64,000 nt of DNA from Mobula hypostoma (Eukaryota), in the NCBI RefSeq assembly GCF_963921235.1, contig NC_086097.1, positions 139,190,001 through 139,254,000 of the forward strand, in the 5' to 3' direction. Positions 39,080 to 52,009 of the stretch are shown piece after piece. Both the position numbers and the translations under genes were made by a program. The notes under the pieces were generated by a model, which worked only from the letters and a program-made list of their open reading frames with translations, was not told the origin of the DNA and did not search any database. Numbering within the stretch: position 1 is the first letter of the stretch; every line of letters begins with the position of its first letter.

Positions 39080-39098
39080 ATCCTTGCTGACTATGCCA
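39080..39098 (-). promoter_or_regulatory. Primer-binding site complementary to tRNA-Ser 3' end
   Basis: Minus strand TGGCATAGTCAGCAAGGAT, 3 nt after the LTR, versus the expected TGGCGTAGTCGGCAGGAT for vertebrate tRNA-Ser(AGA) (recalled). Differences are two CpG transitions and a 1-nt insertion. Confidence 0.8.
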
Positions 39099-39101
39099 AA
39101 T

Positions 39102-39411
39102 TGTCGGATTCTGATGTTTTTGAACCTAGGTTCTTTTGGAAGTCAAAAAAGAGGCATGAAACTTGTTCTTTCATGATCATTTCATTAAGTGTTAAGAGAA
39201 TAAGGAGGAGATCAGAAAGGAAGAGTAATGAGAGTCTAAAAACAAAGAAGAAAGGAAAGATAGCGATCCAACATGCTCTGCTCTTCTTATACCTGTAACC
39301 ATTAGGAGACACACTGAACAGTTGCATCTACATTGGTAATTATGTGGATATAAGTAGGCATGGGAAAGTTAAAGTGCAAAGAAAATAACAATTATAGAGA
39401 CTAATCCAACA
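39102..39411 (-). repeat. ERV 5' LTR
   Basis: TG..CA ends; a diverged copy of 27889-28297 with ~100 bp missing; adjacent to the PBS. Confidence 0.85.
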
Positions 39412-39690
39412 GACTAGAAATGGTGATCATAAGTAAAGGGTAAAAGGTGAAATATCTAGGAAGAACATGAGGGGGAACTTCATTCGGGGCAGTGCGAGTA
39501 TGGAACGAGCTGCCAGCAGATGTAGTGTATGTGTACTTGATTGCGACATTTCGGAGAAGTTTAGGGAATGAATGGGAAGGGTATGGAGGACTATAGTGCA
39601 GGTGAGGGACAATGGGACTGGGGAGAAAAACAGTTTGACACAAAATAAATGGGCTGAGTGGTCTTTCTGTGCTGTAGTGCTCTATGACTT
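39412..39690 (+). mobile_element. Host CR1 fragment, right half
   Basis: Continues the CR1 broken at 27888 and ends in a gtgctgtagtgctctatgact tail. Confidence 0.8.
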
Positions 39691-40604
39691 TACAATGAGG
39701 CAAAGTGGAGAAAGTGCAGTGCAGATAGACAAATGAAACGCAAGGACCATGGTGATGTAGACTGGAAGATCAAGAGTTCATTGTTTAGCATTCAAGAGTC
39801 TGATAACAATGGGACAGAAGATGTCCTTGAGCCTGTGGTATGTGCCTTCAAGCTTTTGTGCCTTCTACCTGGTGAGGGAGTGGAGAGCAGAAAGTGACCA
39901 TGGTGGACAGAGTCCTTGATTATGTTGGCTGCTTTCCTGAGGCAGCAGGAAGCATAGATTTTATAGAGGAGAGGATGTTTTGCTGAGTTTCAGAGGCTTG
40001 GTGACCTTCTGGGTTTTAGGAAGTTCAGGGGATATGGGATTAGTGCAGGAGGTAAAAAATCAGCCAAGGTCTGAATGAATGTTGGAGTAGGCACATTGGC
40101 CCAGAGATCTGGCTGCGCCTTTATTTCTTGTGAATGTTACTACTGAAATACTAACCCATCTGACCTACATTGCAAAGCTGTTAACCTTTTAATATCTTAG
40201 CAAAATTGTTTGGCAGAATCTTACAGAGATCAGGGCAAACTTTTCCGTATAATCGACATTTAAGAATTGTTTTAGAATGGAAAATTCTCTAGTCTTTTTT
40301 ATTCATTTTGATAAATCATTTTGTAGGTTCAAGAGATCTTCAGAGAATCCATGAACAATTCCCTCCTGGGTTCTATGGAGTGCAATAAGATCTTTCACGG
40401 CAATTTTGTAATGGTTATATTTGAAAGCTGCTAGTCCCTAGGGATATTTTTAATATTCTCCAAAAAATTAATTCACATATTTTAAATTATATACTAGTTC
40501 TGTATCCTATAAGATACTGCCTGAAAAGAAACTGGGAGGACATTTTATATGTGAATAATAAATTGCTGCAAAGCTTTGAGTAGGAGATATTAATAGTGTT
40601 TGAA

Positions 40605-40805
40605 CAACACACATCAAAGTTGCTGGTGAACGCAGCAGGCCAGGCAGCATCTCTAGGAAGAGGTACAGTCGATGTTTCGGGCCGAGAACCCGAAACGTTG
40701 ACTGTACCTTTTCCTAGAGATGCTGCCTGGCCTGCTGCGTTCACCAGCAACTTCGATGTGTGTTGCTCGAATTTCCAGCATCTGCAGAATTCCTCGTGTT
40801 TGCGT
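40605..40805. repeat. Near-perfect 160-bp palindrome of Penelope-like terminal sequence
   Basis: Arms 40605-40681 and 40689-40765 are reverse complements around a 7-nt loop; same family as 8669-9766. Confidence 0.9.
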
Positions 40806-41151
40806 TAATAGTGTTTGACTTTGGTTTTGCATGCAGCTGGAAAATTGATGCATGCTCAAAACCATAGTATCTACTCATATTTCTTTTTCAGACATATTTG
40901 TTGAAATAACATTGATCAATGAAACTGTACAAGAATACAAAAACACTGATAAACCTGTGGTTAGTTGGATTTCGGAGAGAAACTTTTAACTAATTTTAGA
41001 AAGTATATTGAAATTTTAGAGAGCATACTGTACAACTTTTCAAGATATTGACCATCGGGGTGTTCAAATATTCAAATATTGTTCCTCAGTTAAATGTATT
41101 GATGTTAAATTTGAAAAGTTTTTAGAATGGAGATACTTATACACTCTAGAG

Positions 41152-43728
41152 CAGCCTTTCTCAAACTCTTTGCCCTGAAGGAACCCTTGAAATAATTGTC
41201 AGGTCTAAATAATTGTCAATGCTCTTTTGAGTAGAGTCTGAATTTTCAGCCTACCTTTCTTGAAAAAACTTGTATTTAAGCTTAGTTTATCTTTCTTGAA
41301 ATTAATCTTTCTAAAGGTAGGCTGAATAGATTCAATTTGAATAAAGGTTGTAAACTGATCTTAATTGATGCTATTTACAACATGAAAACTTATTGACAAT
41401 GTTGAATAGTAAAGTTACTACAAAGCATAAGCCAAAGCAATATGAATAAAAATATAGCCTAAGACACAGTTTTATACAAGGCTTTGAAAAAACAGGCCAA
41501 GCATGTAAAAGCTGTGCTTGTTTTTTGCTACACAAATACTCATTTCTGGGTTGAACTTGAGATAAGCAAATACAGGTTTCATCTTCAGCGATTCCTTTCC
41601 TTGCTCTTGATGCTTGTTAAACAACAAAAAGCTTGCTCACACTTGTAAGAAGTTGAAAAGTGCAGCAAAATGTTCATTGCTTTCTCATGAACAGCAGAAA
41701 ACCTTCCTTTCACAGAAATCCAGAACTTGTCCAGGGGCAGGTTAGTATATCTCATCTTGAATGCACAATCAGACTGCAGCTCACAAAGTTCTTCCTCTTC
41801 TCTCAAATTCAAGTTCTCAGGCTGAGCAGAAGACTCAGAGAAATAGTCCCTCACCCAGTCATACACTTGTGTTGAAAGAGAGGAAAAATACTGTTCAATT
41901 TTGTTCTGAAATTCTTCCAGGTGGTTTTCAATAAGACTCAAGACTTTCTGATCCTTCCTCATTCTCAAGCCCAAGCAGCAGTGGAAACGTTTTAAGATTT
42001 CCTTATGCAATATGATTTTTTCCAACGATTCAGTTTCCTTTTAAATCTAAGAATTTTGTCACTTGAAGTCAAAACATTTTCTCCAGGGCTTGCAGAGACT
42101 AGTTCATATAAATAAAAGAACATCTGCTAAGTAGGCTCATTTCTGCAGCCATTCTTCATCTTAAAAATACTCAGCAAAATCTGGTGTACTATTTTCTTGA
42201 AAGTACTCCTGCAATTTACCTTTCAGCTTGAACACCCTGTTAAGAACTCTTCCTTTGCTACGCCACTGGAGTTCTGTATGTAGCAGGAGATTGGTGTGCT
42301 CTTTGTCCAGGTTTTCACACAGTTTTTTTTTAAACATTCTCGCGTGAACTGGTCTTTGTTAAAGTTAGCCATTTTTGTAGCATCATCCAGAACTTTTTTC
42401 ATTTCATCTCCAAGAGTTTTTGACATCAGCACCTCTCTGTGAAGAAAGCAATGTGTTGTGACAATGTCAGGGTTTTCTTTTTTTACTACAGAAATAAAAC
42501 CTCTCATGGAGCCAACCATTGATGGGGCACCATCAGTATCGATGCCAACACAGTTCCTTCAAGACAGATATGAAGACAAAACATTAAATTTACATTATGT
42601 AAAACATAATGTTTACAGATATGAAAAACATTATGTTTACAGATATGAAGACAAAACATTAAATATATTTTGGCCTTTGCCCTTTGGAACAGAAAAAAGT
42701 TTTTTTGAATTTCGCCATCATTTACAAATCTTACAATGCTACAATGTGACACTTACTGGTGAAAACTGTTGACTCATCAACCAGGATAGAGAAGCTCTTG
42801 TTTTTCAGTTTATTATACAAAACCTCTTCAGCATCATGTGACATGTCATCAATATGTTGATTTATCATACTGTTTGAAAGTGAAACCTTTTCAATTTCTG
42901 GTAATGCATCTTGTCCTAGCATTTTGTCCACTATAATTTTACATGCTGGCATTATTAAATTCTCACCAACTGTGTGACTTTTTCTTTTCTGAATAAGTTC
43001 TGCTACTAAATAACTTGCTTACTGATTTACTGACTGTGATTTTATTAACAAAATCTTTACTTTGTTTGTTTTGAGATTCCAATAGTCGTTTAAAGCAATC
43101 AGCACTTTTACATGTTTTATGGCTGTGAGTTGTAGTTAAGTGTCTTTTCAATTTTGCTGGAGTCATTGCTACACATGGAAATTGTTTGCCACAGTCTAGA
43201 CACAATGGAATAGGACAACTTGGATCACCAGTCCATGTAAAATACATTGATAAGTAGCTTTCATTGTAAGGACAGATTTTTTTTGTGTCTGTTGTTGCAC
43301 TAATGCAGTGAAATAACTCAGAAGATTGTAATTCTTCATCATTAACCATATCAGAATTATCCAAAGGCTGAGGGCTAGAAACCTCCTCTTCAAATATCAC
43401 CATATTGGGTTGTCTTTAAAATGAAAATTTCCTTCCAATTTTCTGCTACACTGGTAGAGTTTGTTCTCTCCCATAAGTCAGTAGGTGGCATGTAAGGGAA
43501 AGTTGGGGGAGTTAATTTGGGAGGGAGAAAACTCAACCAAATAAAGATGGTCCTACTGCACGAGAGACCTGCAACGAGATTGCTAATGGGGCTGCTTGCT
43601 CACTGCCCACCACTGCAAATGGTAGCATCATGCATCATGTGAAGTTCAATAAACAATGTTTTTTTTAATCATGATCCCTCACGGAACCCCTAAGTGACCT
43701 CTTGCTGAACCCCGGTTGAGAAGCCCTG
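41152..43728 (-). mobile_element. Full-length decayed hAT (Buster/Charlie-like) DNA transposon
   Basis: TIRs CAGCCTTTCTCAA / TTGAGAAGCCCTG; 8-bp TSD CTCTAGAG (41144-41151) / CTCGAGAG (43729-43736). Transposase fragments: BED finger (CLDC..LKRHLTTTH), FSILVDEST, THCFLHREVL, YKCEQAF. Confidence 0.9.
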
Positions 43729-44089
43729 CTCGAGAGATTAAAGTCACGTCCTTTTAATTTCTGTTTAGATATATATTCTATTCTCCTTTGAAGTTTTCTG
43801 ACAGAACCCTTATCCACTTTATTTCCAGGCAGTTTATTCTAGACTACAACTCACCACTGCTTAGAAACATCTTTTCATGACTGAAATAGTTCATTTTTCT
43901 GTGTCCTCTGCTGTTTGAACCTCCTACGAATGGAAACATTTTCACCTCCACTTTCGAGCTTCTTAACCAAATTAAGTTTTTCTGGTTGCCCTGAGACCTG
44001 ACTTTACACTGTGCATAGTTCATTCAGAGCAGCAGTTCATGTGACATGTAAAGTACCTTAACACCACTATACAACAGTGAAGTTTGTGT

Positions 44090-47000
44090 AGATGTCTGCC
44101 TCATCGGACACATCTTGGGTTTGTTAGCAATGAATCCACACTTTGAGAAGTCTGATCACCTGGCTGTACATTTTCTTCCAACGTATAGACAAAGACTAAA
44201 GACCACAGCGCCAGTGGGGAAGATGAAGAAGATGTAGTCAAGGGAGGCAAAGGAATACTTACAGTACTGGTTTGGGTCAGGAACTGGGAAATATTCAGGG
44301 ATTCATCTTCAAGTCTGAAGGAAGTTCCCACAGTTGTCACCGATTTAATCAAGACCTATGTGGATGACTGTGTGCTTTCGAGAACAGACCACATATACCC
44401 AAACCAAAAGTTGTGGATGAACCAGGAGATTTGTAGCCTGCAGAGGGCTAGATCCATAGCATTTCAAACCAGTTATCCAAAATGATACAAGACATCCAAC
44501 TGCAACCTATGAAAGGCTATTTTAAGGGCAACAAAACAACTCTGATTAAGGTTAGAGACAGAATTAGATGCATGTCTGCATGGCAGGGTTTAAGGACGTT
44601 ACTTCCTACAAAGCAAAATTAACATCATGAATGACTGTGTTGTTTCACTCCCAAATGAGCTCAACACCTTTTATTCATGCTATGAAAGAGAGAATAAAAC
44701 TTCATCTGTGCAAGTCATGGCAGCATATGGTGACTCTGTGATCTCTGTCTCGGCGGCCAACACTAGAATGTCTTTCAAGAGAGTGAATCTTGCAAGTCGT
44801 CAGGCCTTAATATGTATCTGGTAGGACTGTAAAAACCTGTGCCAACTAACTGGCAGGTGTGTTCAGTCTTTCACTGCCACAGTTGGAGGTCCCCACCTGC
44901 TTCAAAAGGTCAACAATCATACTAGTGTCCAAGAAGAGCAGTGTGATCTGTTTCAATGACCATTGCCTAGTGGCACTCACATCTACTGTGATGAAGTGCT
45001 TTGAGAGGTTGGTCTTGGCTAGAATCATCTTATGCCTAAGCATGGACCTGATGCAATTTGCCAATTGCCATAATAGATGTACAATGGCAGTATTCATCAT
45101 TAAGGACCCCCAATATCCAGGACATGCGCTCTTCCCATTGCTACCATCAAGGAGAAGGTGCTGGTTAGGAGCCTGAAGGAACACATTCAATGTTTCAGGA
45201 ACAGCTTCTTCCCCTTCACCATCAGATTTCTCAATGGACAAAGATCCCATGAACACTACCTCACTATTTTTTCACTCTCTTTTTGCACAACTTGTTTGAT
45301 TTATTATATATATATATATATATATAATTATTGTAAGTTAAAGTTCTTATTATCTATTGCAATGTACTGCTGCCTCAAAACAACAAATTTCATGACGTAC
45401 TATATGCTGGTGATATTAGACCCAATTTTGATTCTGAACCCATTGTTAGCAGTAAACTCAAGCAGTCAATGATGCCTTCAACCTCTCGCTTCAGCAGTCT
45501 GAGGTACCCACCTGCTTCAAGGAGACTTCAATTATACCGGTGTCCAAGAAGAACGTGGCAACCTGCCTCCATGATTATCATCCGACAGTACCAACATCCA
45601 CTGTGATGAAGTGCTTTGAAAGGTTGGTGATCAACTCCTGCCTGATGAGTGACTTGGATCCAATCCAACTTGTCTACCATCACAACAGTTCATCAGCAGA
45701 TGCCATTTCATTGGCTCTTTACTCAACTCTGGAACATCTGGACAGTGAAGATGCATACATCAGGATGCTCTTCATTGAATACAGCTCTGCATTCAATACT
45801 ATCATCCCCTCAAAATTAATCAGTAACTCCTAGTCCAAGGCCTCAATATCTGCTTGCGCAACTGGATCCTCGAGCTTCTCACTTGCAGGCCCAAATCATT
45901 TCAGATTGGCAACAACATCTACTCCATGATCTCCATCGGCACAGATATACCACGAGGCTGTGTGCTTGGCTCCCTGCTCTACTCACTTTACACTTATGAC
46001 TGTAAAGCTAAGCACAGATCCAATGCCACATTTAAGTTTAGTGACGTCACCACTGTCATTGGCCGAATTAGAGGTGGTGATGAATCAGCATACGAGGGAG
46101 ATTGAAAATCTGGCTGAATGGTGCCACAACAACCTCTCTTTCAATGTCAGAATCAGAATCAGTTTTAAATCACTGGCATATGTCGTTTAAAAAAAAAAGA
46201 GAAAAAAAGTACTTGGTTTCATTGGTTCATTGTTCATGGGTTCATTGTCCATTCTGATGGTGGAGGGGAGGAATCTGTTTCTGAAACACTGAGTATGTGT
46301 CTTCAGCTTTTGTACCTCATTCTTTATAGCAGCAATGAGAATAGGGCACGTCCTAGGTGATGGGTCCTTAATGACGCATGCCACCTTTTTGAGGCATTGC
46401 CTACCCCTTGGCCAGACCTTCTTGGTCCTTACCACTGATGCTGCTGCCGTTTTCAGTCTCTGCCTATATGCTGGGAGTAGAATTACAGCCAGGTGATCGA
46501 ACATCCCAAAGTGTGGGTGTGGGATAGCACAATGAGCTTTCTTGATGATGGTATGACAGTGGTCAAATGTGTTGGCTCCTCTGGTTTCACAGGAAATATG
46601 GTGGTAGTTGTTCAGGGACTTTTTCAAACTGTCCTGGTTGAAATCTCTTGCAATGACAGGGAAGGTATCAGGGTGTGCAGTTTCATGCCTGCTGATTATG
46701 TTGCTCAGCTCCTCCAGTGCCTGCCTGATTTTTGCCTTCCCACTACTAGGACGATGGCAGAAATCTCCCTCAACAAATCAAATGGACAATATTTGACCAC
46801 TGGATGTTTCAGATCAGGTGAGCAGGACTGAGACAGTTCTGCCACGTTTGTGCACCTCGATGAGTTAATCATAAGGCATACTCCAGCTCCTCTCCCTTTA
46901 AAAGATTGATCTGTCTTGTCTTTGTGGAGAATGATGAAGACATTGAACTGAGTGCTGTGCCCGATGGCTACACCAAGGCAAGGCTTGGCAAGACCAAGGA

Positions 47001-47810
47001 GCTGATTATTGACTACAGGAGGAGGAAACCAGAGGTCCATGAGCCAGTAATCATCGGGGGATCAGGGGTGAAGAGGGTCAGCAACTTTAAATTCTCCGGC
47101 GTTACCATTTCAGGGAATCTGTCCTGGGTCCAGCACATAAGTGCCATTACAAAGAAAGCACGACAGTGCCCTTACTTTCTTAGAAGTTTGTGAAAATTCA
47201 GCGTGCCTTCTATAATTTTGACAAACTTTTATAGATGTGCTGTGGAGGGTATACTGACTGGTTGTGTCACGGCCTGGTATGGAAACACCAATGCCCTTGA
47301 ACAGAAAAGCCTACAAAATGTGGTGTATACAGCCCAGTCCATCACGAATAAAGCCCTCCCCACCATCAAGCACATGTACAAGGACCATTGTTGCAGGAAA
47401 GCAGCATCCATCATCAAGAATGCCCACCATGCAGGCAATGCTCTCTTCTCGCTGTTGCTATCATGAAGGAAGTACAGGAGTCTCAGGACCCACATCACCA
47501 GGTTTAGTTACAGTTATTACCTCTCAACCACCAGAGAGGATAACTTCACTCAACTTCACTCACCAGCACTGAACTATTCCCACAACCTATATTTTTGATA
47601 TTTATTTCTTATTTATTTTTTATTACTGTATTTGTTTTGTATTTGCAGTTTGTGGTCTTTTGCACATGGGTTGTTTGTCTTTGGGTGCTGTTTTTCATGA
47701 CTATGGTATTTCTTTGTATCTACTGTGAATGTCTACAAGAAATGAATCTCAGGGATGTACATGGTAATTTATATATGCATTGATAATACATTTACTTTGA
47801 ACTTTAAATA
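44090..47810. mobile_element. Cluster of Rex1-like LINE fragments in both orientations
   Basis: Plus pieces at 44090-45440, 45470-46150 and 46980-47810; minus piece at 46160-46910. Motifs VPTCFK, VMKCFERLV, YSSAFNTI, HFGMFDH. Confidence 0.8.
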
Positions 47811-50800
47811 AACGTTTATAGGTTATTTCTATTTCAACAGTTTTGTTGACTTAATTTCTCAGTTTATTTTACAATCCCATTAATGGGTTATTGCAGGTAT
47901 CGGGAATGGATTATTAATCCACAAAGAACAGAAGTTTATTAAACCATCATTGTTAACGAATTATTCCACTTCTTTACTGGTCAGTTGATTTCTCCATTTC
48001 AGCATCAACACACAATCCATTTTACAAACAAATAAAATGGTTGCCCTTGGATTTACTGTATATTCGTTCAAGTTAATAGAAATCTAACCTGAACAGATTG
48101 GCAGAGGTGGAAGAGATAGTAGTACTAATAAACGACTCTGGGTGTTAAATGCCCAGGGTTTCCTCCCAGGCCTCCACAAGTGTTGCCATGGTATTAATAT
48201 TTTGAATGATTTGTTCCCTCACACAGGAAGCATTCCACTCCTGTGAATGGAAATGCTCACAATCTGAAGTGTCAGTTCAACACATTCTTCTTAATTTTTC
48301 ATTTTGATGTTTAAGGGATGTTTCAGACCAAAAAGATATCATTTTGAAATTCATTTTCTTGTTTCCTAATTCTAGCAGAAGGTGATTAATGTAAAACATT
48401 AACGCTTGATAGATGCTACTTGACCTGCTGAGCATATTCTGTCACTTTTGGTATCCAGTCACCCTGGCTGAAATTGCAAGGATTAATCTGACTGCTTGTA
48501 GCTGCTGTTTGATATTGAGTGAGGTGGTCACACGAGAACAGTGCAGGCAGGTGAGTGTGGTCATTGTGAAGGTACGGTTTCCCTCTTTGGTAGGTTGCTC
48601 TCTTCTGGTGTCTAATTGCTCAAGACAAACTAAGAACATAAAAAGCAGAGGCAGGAGAGGGACAACTGACCACTCTTAGAGACCTGGTCTATACTTAACA
48701 TTATCTATCAGAGATCTTCCTTTAGATTGAAAAATTACAAAAACAAGTCCTTTATTTAGGTGCAGTGAATACAAAAGAAATCAAAGAAATTATAGACTTG
48801 CTAACCCAACACTTCTGGCAAATTATTGGAATCCATAATTAAGAGCATACTGTAAGTTTCTATGAGGAACTTGAGCAGAGAGTCACCATACAATTATAAA
48901 AATGCAATGTCCATCAAACGAATTCAATTTTTGATCTAATTGTCATTTTATTTGGGAGGAATGTCTGTGTCATCCAACAAGATTCAATGTAAAAATATGG
49001 CTGAGTAATCTATGAAGGAGGGTTATGCTCTTTTTTTAGGATGGAGTGCCGGTATCCCCTTTAAGCACTATATCCAAATTGTGCTGCTACATCTTCACAA
49101 TAGCAACCAAATAGTAATGAGATGACAGCAGTATAACTTTTTATTGATGTTGACTGATCAATATGGATGAAATTCACCCAGTAGCTGGGGTTCTTCCACA
49201 TTTAATTTGGGGATATTCCCAAAAAATACACTTTTGAGCAATTTCATTGTGATGGGATATTATTGTCAGTTGTTGATGTTGTAATCTTATGTCAAGTCTG
49301 AAGGTGTGGAAGCAGATATCCAGTTTCATTTCTTCATTCCTCCATTTATTCTCTCTTGTAACAAGCAACAATAGCAGCTGAGAATAGGAAAACCATCATA
49401 AACGACAATTTGTATTAATTACAGGAAGTGAATCAGGTCTAAACATGCTAGCTATTGATATAATGTTATAACCAGCAAGAATTACTGTAATGAGTAGCTG
49501 TATTCCTGGATATAATTTGCATAGTTTTTATTGTCCTCAACTCCAAACATGTCTGTACTTGTAATCCCGAAGTGAATTAGCTGAATCTATTGTGTGACAA
49601 CTCAAGACCATATTATAAACAGAGATTGCTGAACCATGCTCACAGGTCTGACAGCATCTGTACAGAGAGGAATAGCTGAGGGATTATTCAACAGAGCAGT
49701 GAAAAATTTTACAGAACGTGTTTTATGCAGGTGCGAACAGGGGGAAAGGGGGAGGTAAGAACAAAAGAAAAGATCTATAATAAGCTTGAAGGTAGAAGAA
49801 ATTAAGTGTGATTGTAAATATGAAGCAAATCTGTATTATATGGATATACAATTAATATAAAGAAATATTATATTTACAAAGTATGGAAGCTTCAAAATTT
49901 GTTCAATCAAGTCAGTACTTTTGGAAAAGAGAGTAAAGGACAAAGTTTATCCTTCGATTTATGCCAGCAAGCTCCTACTTGGACCCATTCAGTTTTTTTA
50001 TTTTGGTTCAGGGATAAATGTTGGGCACAGAACTCTGGAGAGAAAAAACCTGCTCTTCTTCAAAATAATTCTATTGGGGTCTTTTTATAATTACCTGAAA
50101 GGACTGACCAGGTCACCATTTAACATTATTCCTCACAGGTTTACTTTAGATTGAAAAAGAAGAAAACAACTCTAGGTGGAAAAAAAAGTCACAGATGCTG
50201 TTATTCTGAAATAGAAATGGAAAATGCTGGAGATATTCAACAGGTCTTGCAGCATCTGTGGAGATAGAAACTGAGTTAAGATTTGTGGTCAATGTTTGTT
50301 AAGAGCATAACTTCTTAAGTTCTGTTTTCAGAAAGCTAATCCCTTTTTTGAGCAAGAAGTCATAGATCTAAGTCTTGTAATTTGGAGCAAAGCTAGGAAC
50401 AAAGGAGGTTCAAAAATTGATCTCCTCTGAAATTAAAGTGATGCCTATCACTTTAATTCTCCTCACATGCTCACTTGGATTTTTCTGCACAATTTTAAGA
50501 AAACCCAGTGTAACTCAAGGAACAGCAGCTGATATCCAGTCCGGAGAGCTGCAAACTTCAAACTCAATAGTCATTTCCACAATTTTAGGTGACTCACCTA
50601 TTTTTTTTTTTGTTTTTATCTGGACTGACTGACTTTTATCCATCTGTAATATTAACTCAGATTTACCCGTTCCATTTAGATTGTCAGATTTGCTTGTCAT
50701 TTTCCCTACAATTCTGACCTGCATTTCAGAGCTTTTACATGTTAGAAATACTCAACAGGTCAGTCTGCATCTGCAAAAAGAGAAACAGAGTTAATATTTC

Positions 50801-51528
50801 AAGTTGCTTTAATCAAAATGAAGAATCACTTCTTTTGTTTTGACCTGAAACATTATTTTTCTCTCTCCATAGGTATTGTCTGATCTATTGAGTGTTTCCA
50901 GCATTTTCTGATTTTATTTTGATATTAGAAGTCTTCCCAAGTTCAACAATTTCAGTTTTAGTTACTTCTAATTTAACATCTACCAGGAAAAATAAATCTG
51001 TGTTTTTGATTGACTCATCCTCTGGGCTTAGCCTTTGTTTTATCTCTTCTCCCAATCCCTGTCACATTACATGATTTTTCTTTTTGTTAATTCATCTTTA
51101 CAGTGTCTATCCTGTCCCAGATCTTTCTATTTGTTCTGTTTGTACTTCTCACTAGTCCTTGTTCATTTAAGAGGTGTTGTTTTATGCACTTTGTCACTAG
51201 TTGCAGCTTAATATTGCTTGATATTAATTAAAGACACTTGAATACACAGTTCATTGATTAAAAACACACAGTGACTGTGCAGAGGGTATTTTTCTTCTCT
51301 GCCTTTGCCTTGTCTGTATCTCATCTCTGACTCAGCAGCTTGAGCACATCTGTGAAGGAAAAGAAACGGTCAATATCTTGGGTCAAAACCCTGCATCAGG
51401 ATAGCGAATTATGTTCTGCTTATATTCAGATGGGTAAAATCTACAGTGCTTGACTCTTGAATGATGTGCTTAATGCGTTCTCTACTTGCAGTATTCGGAA
51501 GCTGAAAGATCGGGAACCGTGGGGCAGA

Positions 51529-51595
51529 ATGGTTGGCTGGCTCATGCCCTGGAGCCTGCTAATATCGCTCCATCTCTGCTCATGGCAGTTGGCAG
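51529..51595 (+). CDS. PKHD1L1: PKHD1L1 (fibrocystin-L) first coding exon, signal peptide MVGWLMPWSLLISLHLCSWQLA
   Basis: Hydrophobic signal-like peptide, AGAATGG Kozak, phase-1 donor CAG|GTGAGC compatible with the next exon, upstream acceptor ttgcag| at 51491. Confidence 0.75.
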
Positions 51596-51644
51596 GTGAG
51601 CACAAGATCTTACTCGTCTCTGTGTCGTAAGTGTTATCAAAACA

Positions 51645-51930
51645 TGGCGGGTGGTACTGCAGTGTAGTGATTAGCACAACGCTTTGCAGTGCAGGCAACC
51701 CAGGTTCAATTCCCACCGCTGCCCGTAAGGAGTTTGTACGTTCTCCCCATGACCGCATGGGTTTCCTCCGGGTGCTCCAGTTTCCTCTCACAGTCCGAAG
51801 ACATACTGGTTGGTAGGTTAATTGATCACTGCAAACTGTCCCAAGATTAGGCTGGGATTGAATCAGGGGATTGCTGGGCAGCTTGGCTGGAAGGGCTGGA
51901 AGGGCCTATTGTGTGCTGTATCTCAATAAA
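51645..51930 (+). mobile_element. tRNA-derived V-SINE
   Basis: tRNA-like head (gtgtagtgattagc..ggttcaattccc) plus V-domain-like gggtttcctccgggtgctccagtttcct. Confidence 0.75.
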
Positions 51931-52009
51931 GCAAAAAAAAACAAATCACATTTATTGAGTGTCAAGCTGCACTCTTATCAAGGCAATATGAAACGTTTAT
52001 TGAAGGATG

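Larger units (their letters stand above)
27889..39411 (-). mobile_element. Decayed endogenous retrovirus provirus (LTR-PBS-[gag]-pol-env-PPT-LTR) with nested insertions
   Basis: Paired LTRs, TG..CA outer ends, 4-bp TSD GACT (27885-27888 and 39412-39415), tRNA-Ser PBS, and RT/RNaseH/IN plus env motifs in retroviral order. Confidence 0.9.

Noticed and set aside
42563-42665. CRISPR-like repeat array (also 9418-9486)
   Set aside because: Short irregular slippage repeats inside eukaryotic TEs, with no regular spacers and no cas genes.
41585-43403. Domesticated ZBED/SCAND3-like host gene
   Set aside because: Split into several frames and bounded by TIRs and a TSD, so a dead transposon.
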